A DNA stretch of 64,000 nt, from positions 27,776,001 through 27,840,000 of the forward strand of contig JBHGNT010000001.1 of NCBI GenBank assembly GCA_043228905.1, written 5' to 3'. The notes under the pieces are model-generated. The model was given only the letters and a program-made list of their open reading frames with translations. It made no database searches and was not told the origin of the DNA. Positions 1 to 10,198 of this stretch are shown here, one piece after another (position 1 is the first letter of the stretch; each line of letters opens with the position of its first letter). This DNA is from Azolla caroliniana (Eukaryota; Plantae; Polypodiophyta). The translations under genes and the position numbers were made by a program.

Positions 1-400
1 ACATTTGGAACAATCTCCTCCAATTGCATTTGTTGAATACATTCCAAAACTTCACTGAAAGGTCCTTGTTCGGCGTATCCCACAATCAATGCATTCCACG
101 ATACATAGATATGAACCATTTGAATGCTTCTTGAGCATGCTCATGTTCAACATAATTTGCAATTAACACATTGCAAGATATTCCATAGACAGAAACCAAA
201 GTAGTTGCATTCGGAGACAAGCCCTCATAGCTCATAGATTGGAACCATTTCAATGCTTCTTCAACATGCTCATGTTAATCATAATTTGCAATCAACACAT
301 TCCAAGCTATTCCATCTCGATCTTGAAGGTTTTATCAAAGACTTCTTGTGCTTTTGCAAGTGCCCCACATTTACCCTACATATCCACCAATGCGGCAAAT
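1..400 (-). pseudogene. PLS-class PPR pseudogene fragment (continues beyond the left edge of the window)
   Basis: Minus-strand translation gives AALVDM*GKCGALAKAQEVFDK(frameshift)LQDRDGIAWNVLIANYD*HEHVEEALKWFQSMSYEGLSPNATT and VSWNALIVGYAEQGPFSEVLECIQQMQLEEIVPNV. These are clear PPR motifs with two in-frame stops, a frameshift and an internal duplication (about 113-185 vs 243-312). Confidence 0.85.
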
Positions 401-599
401 CCAATCAATCTACCCTTATCTAGAAACAAAAGGCTCTCTTTAACGATCTCACCATGTTATGGTTGACCATGTTGATGACCTAATGAATACCATTAGATGC
501 GGTAATAATGATAATGATGTGTATTTATCTTAGATCTTCATTGGCATGATATTAATAATATGTGGGCTTTGGTTAACTTTATTTTGCTCGTCAAACTGA

Positions 600-1020
600 A
601 GGTGTAATACCCTTTAAATAAGAATGGAGAATCATACATCAAACCATATCGATTAATCCAAATAAATTCAGTGGCACATCATGGCTAATAAACTTGTTGC
701 TTAAATTTGTATTGGGTGAAGTAAATTGGCACATTCATGAAAAGGATACAAAAGATATCTTTGCATGGTGGTCATATATGGCCCATCGACTCCATGCTTT
801 TATCAACTTGAAATACTTGCTTGTCCATTCCAACAACCAAATCCCAACTACATAATTTTGGTCAAGAAAGAGATTGGTAGACTAGTTTTATTGGGCAATT
901 AAGAAAAACATGAAAATCGAGATATGTGGGATTACTTGAAACTAAATGTGGTGAGGATTTCAAAATTGTCCCTACTCCTCTTTTCTAGATTGACTTCTTG
1001 CATGGAGATGGGGAAGGTAG
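600..1020 (+). mobile_element. Highly decayed Ty3/Gypsy integrase remnant
   Basis: Broken-frame pieces resemble the integrase HHCC/core region (AHHG..K, W...MGPID, YILV...W.E). No open frame; recognised by eye only. Confidence 0.35.
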
Positions 1021-1463
1021 AAGTGTTGAATGTTAAGGAATGCGCCTTTGTATGTGAAGTTCAACTATGATTGCACAATAGACAATGCTGAAGTGAAATA
1101 GGACTGAGTCAACTTTCAAAAGAGACCACACAATTGCGCAAAACAACACATCAAGAAAAGGGGAATGAATGAAGTGACCATATAATGGCTCGAAATAGTG
1201 CTTATAAGTGTTCATTCATCAAGGGTATTCCGAGGAATAATAATAAAGAAGGGATAGAGGGAAGCACACACTCTATTTTGACATGCATTTCCTGTTTGAT
1301 TGGGGTTGGGGTTGGAGGGGGGCATTTGGAGAGAAAACTAAAACGTAGGGGCATTCGGGTAGATAAATACATAAAGAAGAACCCGGTGGAGTTGTTCCGT
1401 GTTTCGATTGGCGAGTGTGAAACGCCCGGTGTCATGTTCCTGTAGTGTGAAACAGCCACTCGC

Positions 1464-1473
1464 TGTGTGTGTG

Positions 1474-1523
<50 letters not shown>

Positions 1524-1600
1524 ATATATGTACATATGTGTATGTGTGTGTATACATATATGTACATATGTGTATATGTGTGTATATGTATGTGTGTGTG
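1464..1600 (+). repeat. (GT)n followed by mixed GT/AT alternating purine-pyrimidine microsatellite
   Basis: Seen directly. It causes the spurious CVCVCV and HTHTHT ORFs and the false N-terminal extension of the PPR ORF. Confidence 0.95.
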
Positions 1601-1622
1601 TTTGGGTGTGTTCCGAGGAGGA

Positions 1623-4415
1623 ATGGAGGAGGCATTGAGTTCGAATCCTGACATCTCATCTTCACTCTCAAAGAGAGAGATCATATATAGGCATCTTCAC
1701 AGAGCTTCGAGCTGTAAAGATATCTCAAAGGCAAGGGGCATATACTCTCTCATGATCCTCTATGGTCTGCACACACTCTCCTCTCTCGCCGACCATGTCA
1801 TCCGCCTTTTCGCACTTTCCGGACGTCTCGAAGAAGTGAATGCCATATTTGCCCATGTCTCAAAGCCTAGTGTCTACACTTGGAATTCCATCATCTCGGC
1901 TCACATTGAGTTCTCTCAACCCGAGGAAGCAATGTGTCTCTACTTCCAAATGATTCGTTCCGGGATTGAACCCGATCAAGTTTCCTTTTTGTATGCTTTG
2001 AGGGTATGTAGTGAAATTAGAGGGTTTTTTCATTTTGGAAGGATCATTCATTATCATATAATGAGGTATGGACTGGATCCCAATGTGCTTGTCGGTAGCA
2101 CTTTGATTGATATGTATGCTAAATGTGGGTGCTTAGTTGAAGGTCATTATGTCCTTTCAAAGCTTGAGAATCGAAATTCTATATCGTGGGGTGTTTTGGT
2201 TTCTGGGTATGCTCGGCATGGTTGCGTTGATTTTTCACTATATCTTATTGAATGTATGAATAAAGAGGGCATGATCCTGGATAAAACCACATTTTTGTGT
2301 ATTCTCAAGGCATGTGGTAGAGAAAAAGCAGTGACGCATGGTATGCTAATCCATAGTCGAATGGTTAGCATAGGGTTCGAATTCGATCATTTCCTTGTGA
2401 ATAGCCTTGTTGATATGTATGCCAAATGCAAGCTTATGGAAGAGGCCTTATATGTATTTGAAAATGCATCAGAAAAGGATGTAGTGTGTTGGGTTGCATT
2501 GCTCTCAGGTTACATTCAACTCAAAAAAGATAAATATTCGATCGAACTATTTAGGGAAATGCAACAAAAGGGTGTCTCACCGGACAGAGTCAGTTTTCTT
2601 TGCGTGCTAAAAGCATGTGGCAACTTAGGTATGGTCATAGAAGGACATATAATACATGGTAATATCGTAAAATATGGATTTGATATCAACACAGACATTC
2701 AGAATACCCTCATCCATGTGTACTCAAAATGTGGATTCCGGGAGGAGGCATATCTAGTCTTTGACCAATCCAGAAACCGTGATGTTGTAAGCTGGGGTGC
2801 AATGGCTGCTGGGTATGTTGAGGAAGGATCGAGTTCTCATGTGCTTGAGCTCTTTCATGCATTCCAAAAGGAGGCTATCAACCCTAATACCTTCTTATTT
2901 TCTTCGGTGTTAACGGCTTGTGGAAGCCTAAGAGCATTACACCAAGGTAGATTGATACATGGATACATAATTATGAATGGTCATGAATCAGACGTAGTTG
3001 TGGCGAATTCTCTTATTGATATGTATGGTAAATGTGGTAGCTTAAATGATTCATGTCACGTATTTTGCAATCTTTTGACCCCGGATGAAGTGTCATATGG
3101 GTCACTAATTGCAGGATCAGTTCAAAATGAACAGGAAGATCTTGCGCTTGATCTTTTTCAAAAAATGCAGATGCAGAGCATAAACCCTAACCAAGCAATA
3201 TTTGCATTGATGTTAAAAGCATATGGTATCTTGGGAAGCTTCGAGAAAGGTGGGTTTATGTATGCTCAGGTTATCGAAAATGGTTTCGAATGTGATACAA
3301 TGGTTGTTAGCTCTCTTATAGAGATGTACATAAAATGTGGTAGCTTAGAGGATGCACGTTCAGTATTTGAAGGCATGGAGGAACGGGATGTGGTGTTATG
3401 GGGAGTAATCATAGCAGGGTATGTGGCAAGCGAACATGTTTCTTCAGCCATTCAGCTCTACAAGGAGATGAGGGAGGAAGGTACCATGCCAAGCAACACT
3501 ATATTTATAAGTATTCTCAAAGCTTGCAGCATAATTAGGACTATAGACCAAGGACGACACATCCATCAAGACATAGCAAGATTGGGGGTCAGATCAGATT
3601 CATGGGCTGGATATGTTGACAATGCTCTTCTTGATATGTATGCGAAATGTGGAAGCTTTGAGGATGCCCATAAAGTATTTGAAGACGTGCCTAATCAAGA
3701 TGTAGTCTCTTGGGGAACAATTATCATGGCTTATGCTAATTCAGGAAATTGGAAGATGGCACAAAATTTTCTCAAAAATATGAGCAAACTTGATTTGACC
3801 CCGGATGCAACCATTTTCGCCAACATTCTTATTGCATGTAGTCATGCTGGTGTGTTGGATGTAGGGTTAGAGTTTTTTAGGCTTATTGCAAGCTATGAGG
3901 GTTTAGAACCAACTCTACTCCACTATAGCTTGTTGATAGACCTAATGGCTCGTACAGGGCATTTGGCACTGGCTCTCGAAGTAATTGAAACAATGCCATA
4001 CCTCCCAAAATCCTTCTTGTGGACTTCTATTCTTACTGAATGTGTATTATATGGTGACATGCGACTTGCCTGTGACTGTTTCGATGAAGCTTTTCAACTG
4101 GACCCGAATGATGCCTCTGGGTATGCTCTTATTTTGAATGCTTTAACTGATGGTCACTCGATGATGATGAATGACTCAAAGGATAATGGAAAGACGGCAA
4201 ATATGCTGACAGGGAGAGAGTGTGGTGATGATGTTGTACCACTCTCTCTTGCCAAGCACATAATATGTGAAAGCACTGATCATACGTTAGATGGTTCCGA
4301 GTATAGTGGAGCGACTTATATGAATTCTTTTTGTAATATTAAGCAGATAACAATTATGACTTTGTTCAGCATATTCTCATTAGTGTTAAATGACTTTCCA
4401 ATTTCATGGTCATAG
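1623..4415 (+). CDS. PLS-class pentatricopeptide repeat protein with partial E domain and no DYW (organellar RNA-editing factor family)
   Basis: Intronless ORF with many LIDMYAKCG...VSW..LI.GY P/L/S triplets, then LLHYSLLIDLMARTG and E1-like LWTSILTECVLYG...DPNDASGYALI. Start moved from 1467 (inside the microsatellite) to the ATG at 1623 (MEEALSS), same frame. Confidence 0.9.
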   Translation: MEEALSSNPDISSSLSKREIIYRHLHRASSCKDISKARGIYSLMILYGLHTLSSLADHVIRLFALSGRLEEVNAIFAHVSKPSVYTWNSIISAHIEFSQPEEAMCLYFQMIRSGIEPDQVSFLYALRVCSEIRGFFHFGRIIHYHIMRYGLDPNVLVGSTLIDMYAKCGCLVEGHYVLSKLENRNSISWGVLVSGYARHGCVDFSLYLIECMNKEGMILDKTTFLCILKACGREKAVTHGMLIHSRMVSIGFEFDHFLVNSLVDMYAKCKLMEEALYVFENASEKDVVCWVALLSGYIQLKKDKYSIELFREMQQKGVSPDRVSFLCVLKACGNLGMVIEGHIIHGNIVKYGFDINTDIQNTLIHVYSKCGFREEAYLVFDQSRNRDVVSWGAMAAGYVEEGSSSHVLELFHAFQKEAINPNTFLFSSVLTACGSLRALHQGRLIHGYIIMNGHESDVVVANSLIDMYGKCGSLNDSCHVFCNLLTPDEVSYGSLIAGSVQNEQEDLALDLFQKMQMQSINPNQAIFALMLKAYGILGSFEKGGFMYAQVIENGFECDTMVVSSLIEMYIKCGSLEDARSVFEGMEERDVVLWGVIIAGYVASEHVSSAIQLYKEMREEGTMPSNTIFISILKACSIIRTIDQGRHIHQDIARLGVRSDSWAGYVDNALLDMYAKCGSFEDAHKVFEDVPNQDVVSWGTIIMAYANSGNWKMAQNFLKNMSKLDLTPDATIFANILIACSHAGVLDVGLEFFRLIASYEGLEPTLLHYSLLIDLMARTGHLALALEVIETMPYLPKSFLWTSILTECVLYGDMRLACDCFDEAFQLDPNDASGYALILNALTDGHSMMMNDSKDNGKTANMLTGRECGDDVVPLSLAKHIICESTDHTLDGSEYSGATYMNSFCNIKQITIMTLFSIFSLVLNDFPISWS

Positions 4416-4495
4416 AAATAGGTCTAGGTTTAAAATACTAACTTGTCACTATGAGCCCATCCTCATGACTATGGATTTGATCTAGTGATAGTGAA

Positions 4496-4660
4496 GGAAA
4501 GGAATAGAGCATAATACAAAAGCAAAATGAATATACCCAAGGATTCCATCCAATCAATACATATATCAAATCGATGTGATAGTAAAGGAAAGGAATAGAG
4601 AGTAATACAAAAGGAATCACTGAATACACTCAAGGATCACTGCCAATGAATATACCCAAG
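4496..4660. repeat. Degenerate direct repeat, about 90 bp period
   Basis: ggaaaggaatagag..taatacaaaag....tgaatatacccaagg occurs twice, plus a partial third tgaatatacccaag. Confidence 0.6.
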
Positions 4661-6015
4661 TCCATTGTTATACATGCGTCATAGTAATTCTCCGTAGAGC
4701 CTTGATCCCATTGTTCCTTCTTAATTGAGAAGTCAACAGATAAATCTCTAGCTATTATGCATTCCAAAATGCTAATTATTTCCCGAGGGCACACAACTTG
4801 TGTGTCATCATCAGGTCACATCTAATGAATAGAAGGTGATTTGCAAGGAACCCATGATAGGAGAATTTATTTGCAATCAACTTATAACTATATTTGGTTA
4901 ACATCTTGGTGACAAAGGAGGTGACGTAGGCTGTCATTTATGATTTTAAGCTGTCAATGTATGATTTAGATCGAAGTTACAAATCCATACAATGCTTAGA
5001 ATTACATTATTTTATGAAAGAGTAGACAACTCTTGTAAGGGTATGTGGACCTTGGTTGGCAGAACTATGAAGGGCATTACATGCTTACTTTGAATACAAA
5101 AAATAAGGGGTGTTTGTTTCTCTTTAATCAATGTTAATTCAAACCATTATTAAGAATAAGTTATTTTCATTGTTTTACCATTCCAATCCAATTGTTAGAT
5201 CATATATCCATTGTTGGTTTTGAGGATGCAGTACCAGCTCCAAATATGTTAGTTGTCCTGAGTTGAAGATCTAATAATCACAAACTAAGGTGCTTCAATT
5301 ATTTTGAATTAAGCTAATGCACAATTATGCTTAATTAGGCATAAGTATCAAGAACATTACATATTGCTTACATTTGCATATAACATATCCAACCTGTCAT
5401 TTGACAAAAGTTAATGTGGATCACGTTAAGTAGTAATCAAAGCAAAATGGAGCACATGTGTCATGCAATGCAACTGCTGCTTTCCTGTTATATATATATA
5501 CCATTATGAGATGGTATAGGCTTTAAATCAATGAAAATGTATGGGTACTATTTATGACTGAATATCAGTTGATAGAAACCACATCTGCACAAACACTTAC
5601 AAAGAAGTATACCGTTGTAAGAGACCTGTATGGTAAAACATATTTATACCTATTACTACTCAAAGCAAAAACCACATGTATGTATGTATGTATGTATGTA
5701 TCTATCTATTTATGTCTACATCTATATATACATAACACTTCTGTCAACAAAATCATATGTATATCCATTAAAATTTGTGTAAGATTCGAATCATTACACA
5801 ATCTTCTGTTCAAAGCAATCATATACAATATTTCTGACAACAGAAATAATATGTGTATACATTAAGAATATGTCGTATGGGAAATAGAATTATAACACAT
5901 TACAATATGATCTCAGTGGATGGCTGAAGGGCATACCATCCCATGAAAGTGGTTCTGTGATCAAATAAGACATACACAAAAGGAAAGATATATGGCTTGA
6001 GCAACAATTCCATGA

Positions 6016-7551
6016 TCAAATCAACTGTTGGCTAAGATGATTGATAGCCCAAATCAGCTTCCTCCTTGGCCCTACAGCACGTTTACCCATGTGTTTCAAA
6101 TCATCCATATTAAGTTGAAGAAGCTCTACTTCACTCCACGTTCTTTTCTCAAATGCCTCCTTGAATTGATCCAATCCAACAAGGCATAGCCATTTCCCAA
6201 AACCACCGACTTTATCCAAGTGTTTCTTCAGCATTGCAACTCGGAAAGCTTGGTTGGCAGTTAAAATAGGAGGAATTTGAATGCATCGGAGGGGTTTCTC
6301 AACACTATTGATGTGGACACGAGCTTCTTGAGAGGTGATATGTGCATCAAAGATATGACCCTTTGTAACTCCAAAAGAAATCTTGCCGGTTTCTGCTGCA
6401 TCATTTATTCCTATTGAAGATGATTGAGGGTGAGAACAATCCTTTGGTTGGATGCCACTATCCAGGGTGTTAACAGAAATCTCTTCGTCAATGCTTTTCA
6501 CTAACAACCCATTATAATGAGCTTCTTTTTCCTTTTCCCCGTCTTCTTCTTTTTCTTGCCAAGATACTGAATTGGCATGTTCCGCATCTAGTGCCGATGC
6601 AAGTAAAATATCCATGCTGGATATCGGCTGATCACTAAACATGGTCCTTTTCCTCTTGCTTTCCGTGCTGAATCTGCTAATACCACATTTCCATTTCCTT
6701 TTATTGCTACTGATTCCATTTTTGCCATCAATCATAGCACTTGCATCATTCCCACTTTTTTCATCTTCTTCTATGGTATGTTTTGATAGCACACATCCAT
6801 TGTTAACTACCTTTTTGTCAGGGCTAAAAGTAGAGTTTAATACAGTGTTATCCTTGCTTTTTCGGCCCCAACTTCTTGACTTAGAGTTTATGATGTTAAG
6901 TGGCTCTGAATGACCAGTTTTCTGGCTCTGTTTTCCCAAATTCATATGATTTGCAGGGTTCAATATGTCTCGATTACTTTTCAGATCTTGACTAACTGAA
7001 TTAAGGTTTGTGGGGATTACTGCCTCTTGACTTCCGTCTTTAACACCCTGAATTCTTGATTTAGGGTTTATGAGACTGGTAGCCTCTTGATTTACACTAT
7101 TCTGACCCCGGATTCTTGAATCACGGTTTGCAATGTCCAATGTTTCTTGGTTAACAATTTTCCGGCCCTGGAATTTTGAATTTGTGTCAGCATGGCTTAT
7201 TAGATCTTCATTACCAATTTCTCGGCCCCTCATTCGTGTATTGATAGGACTTACTAACTTTTCATTTCCATTATTCTGCACTCGGATTCTTGAGTTTATT
7301 GAGTTTGTGAGGCTTATTGTCCCGTCGTTTCCACCATTTGGGACACGGATTCTCGAATTAGGGTTTGAAAGGCTCAATGTCCTTCTATTTCTAACCCGTC
7401 GCTTTGAAAGCGATTTCGGCAAAGCAGGGATGATAATGAGGATTCTTTGTTTTCGGACATCAACCCAAGAATCATTATCATCATTGTCATCATGCACTTC
7501 GACATCATTATCTTCTTCTTTACTTATCCCAATCATCATCTTCTTCTTCAT
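6016..7551 (-). CDS. Sterile alpha motif (SAM) domain protein with an internal 20-aa tandem repeat
   Basis: 511-aa ORF. C-terminal SAM: FGKWLCLVGLDQFKEAFEK..SEVELLQLNMDDLKHMG..AVGPRRKLIWAI. N-terminal DSWVDVRKQRILIIIPALP motif as recalled from a plant SAM family. Probable 5' UTR intron about 7614-7881 (GTAAGA donor, TAG acceptor). Confidence 0.88.
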   Translation of the reverse strand: MKKKMMIGISKEEDNDVEVHDDNDDNDSWVDVRKQRILIIIPALPKSLSKRRVRNRRTLSLSNPNSRIRVPNGGNDGTISLTNSINSRIRVQNNGNEKLVSPINTRMRGREIGNEDLISHADTNSKFQGRKIVNQETLDIANRDSRIRGQNSVNQEATSLINPKSRIQGVKDGSQEAVIPTNLNSVSQDLKSNRDILNPANHMNLGKQSQKTGHSEPLNIINSKSRSWGRKSKDNTVLNSTFSPDKKVVNNGCVLSKHTIEEDEKSGNDASAMIDGKNGISSNKRKWKCGISRFSTESKRKRTMFSDQPISSMDILLASALDAEHANSVSWQEKEEDGEKEKEAHYNGLLVKSIDEEISVNTLDSGIQPKDCSHPQSSSIGINDAAETGKISFGVTKGHIFDAHITSQEARVHINSVEKPLRCIQIPPILTANQAFRVAMLKKHLDKVGGFGKWLCLVGLDQFKEAFEKRTWSEVELLQLNMDDLKHMGKRAVGPRRKLIWAINHLSQQLI

Positions 7552-8449
7552 GTTATGAAGCTATTTTTACATTAGATCTAACTATTATCTCTTGCCAGAG
7601 ATGCCAGAGGCACCTATCCTAAGCAGACATAGAAAAGCTCCAAAGAGAACAGCAAAAAATGAATAAAAACTAATCTCTAATTCTTCGTTGAAGCTACCAA
7701 AACAATCTAGCTTCTAAAAAGTTGTTGTGATCTCTAATATTTCTGGGGGGGTGCGGGGGGGGGGAAAGAACATTGTTCGGTACTGTTCTGTTCTGTTCAG
7801 TTTCTGTGGCATCAAGTGCGAAGCTTTGTAACCTCACGGAATAAGAAGATGAAACAGGCATTGGAGGAGATTTCGTCTTACCTCTATATCTCGGAAGCAA
7901 AAAGGGTAGGAAGCGCTTTCGAATTCAGTCGAAGGAAGGCATGGCCATGGCGAAGGCTATAACCATGAGAGCAAGAATTAGGACTTTCATAAATTTGTTC
8001 TCCGGTCCCCATATTACAGAGAATTACAAAAGTATACCCTCTCTCTCTCTCGTGTGTAGCTATATCATATATGTATATATACTAAACACATACATACATA
8101 CATGTATGTATGTATGTTTTGTCTTCTATTGAATGCAAGGGGTAAGTGCAAAGAGTACTCGGTGCACAGAAAGCAAACCTTGCGTGTATTTTATACTGAA
8201 GTTACGATATATCAGGCATCATGCCAAGTGTCATATGTTCATCCGAGACTAAACTAACGATGCCGTCAGAGAAGCACATCTGTATCGTAACACCCAAGAC
8301 ACTCTTTCGGCCACAGAAATGTTGACTCAACAAGTTATCGGCTTGTAATTACTTCGTGAAGCCATTCTCCATATCCCCTAAACCACCGAAAACTCATTGT
8401 CTTCAGGGATTTAGTCCAATTTATATTGTAAAAAGGATCTATTTCCAAT

Positions 8450-9300
8450 GTGTCTTATTTGGTGTCCGAACAACTCTTTCCTATCTTCCTAAACATTGAT
8501 AAAGTGGTCCCTTCAACTATAGAGCGTTTGGCCACATTTGCTCTTCCGAAATTGCTTACCAATAGACCCAGCATGTGTAGTTGCATTGCTTGTCGGGTCT
8601 TGCCTTGCTTTGTTTTCTCTTGATCCATCACCATAATTGCATCTATGTGAGTGAAATTTCTCTTCCAACTAGACAACATCATGTCAAAGCTTGACATTCC
8701 TAATGGGACCTTGAGTTGTCGTGTCAAGCTCAGGTGTAGTGAAATGTTTGTTGGTGATCAAGAAGTTGACACATAACAAGACCATGCAATTACGACCTTT
8801 AGATGCACACACACACTCACACAACAACAACAACAACACATTCAATATGAGATGTAATAGAACGATTGTCAATCAAGGGTATGATTCGTAATGAGTTGAT
8901 CTTGACTTCTCGAATGGCACAATAAATCACAAATACAACATTCCATGTCCTTATAAGTGCTATTGTAGCCATATCATATTTTTGAATGCTCCACTTTCAT
9001 AGTGGGAACTATCACCATAGTGTATTGTCTTTAAAAGAAATTTGTGATGGAAATATGTAACATTAACCTATTCTCCTTTGATCTGATGTCATTGCATTCA
9101 CTATCATAGCCATAATCATTGTTGCAATTTCCATATGAATGGCAACTGAATGTATCCTAGTAGCAAGAACAATTGATGTACATTTGTTCATGGAACTTAC
9201 ATAAAAGAATGTGCAATGTGGAGAGAATAATGTACTTGATCATGTGACCATATGATGTGATATTCTTATTCACATATCAGTTTATAATCTTAGTCAAGCT
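8450..9300 (-). mobile_element. Decayed Ty1/Copia protease to integrase remnant
   Basis: Fragmented similarity, in Copia order, to WYVD..A..HM, VLH.P...NLLS and RA..L.LVH.D.CGP. Many stops and frameshifts. Confidence 0.35.
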
Positions 9301-10198
9301 TGCCATATGAATACTTCATGTTTTCATGCATCCTTTTTTACGATGACAAAACTTTCCGATTACCATTATTGTTTCAGTGCCATAAAGATTGTGGTTGGGT
9401 ATCGCAACCGCTAGCGTTCTATGACTCAAGGACGATCAGTATAATAAGGCGTAATTGCAGATGGTGCAATGGCAAGAAGACAAGGCAGATGTGAAGTTGT
9501 TGGGAAAAGAAAATTAACAGATTAAAAAACACTTACAAGATTCGTTTGCCAAAAGCACCTTTGGCAAGACTTGAATCAAGGCCCCTCTCTTTAAGGAATA
9601 GAGGATTTTTGAGGTAAACCACTTCAATCACTTTTAGCTTTTTCACATTGTTTTGATATCTTGAAGAGCTACTTTCACGACATTGGTGCTACAAACTTTG
9701 TGGAATAACCATTAATGGAGAACAATGGTCTATTTTATACATTTTCTCTTCTCTTGTCACCTCCAAGAGTGAGAATTTAAAAAAGCAACCACAATATGTT
9801 AATTGCACAATTAGTACGAATTTAGAACCTACAAGGAATTGTATAAGATCAAATCCCCTTCTTCAAAAAAGCTTTCAATGTCAATAATGGAGAAAGAACA
9901 CCAGCTATAATTGACATGATAATCCCATATGTTGTGGTTGCAAGTTATACCTAGCTCTACCATTCACATTTATGTGGATTATGTATATATTTATGCACAC
10001 ACATAAGCATGCATAGAAGCACAATTTGAATCATATACATGCATCCATTTCTAATGGATCGAGATGGCATGAGAAAGGTCCCTAATGTTATCCAAACTCA
10101 CTTTGATCAAAATCTAAATAGAAAAGTAAAGTAAAAGGAAAGTGTTAAAAGGAAATCCTTGGACTAGGATGCTTGCCATCATAGAAAGACATGGTATA

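Noticed and set aside
1185-1684. Cluster of ORFs with CVCVCV or HTHTHT runs, and the 1467 start of the PPR ORF
   Set aside because: Artefacts of the (GT)n/(GTAT)n microsatellite, which lacks stop codons.
9540-9630. tRNA- or SINE-like segment on the minus strand (B-box-like ttgattcaagtc)
   Set aside because: No cloverleaf, and the A and B boxes are too degenerate to support a call.
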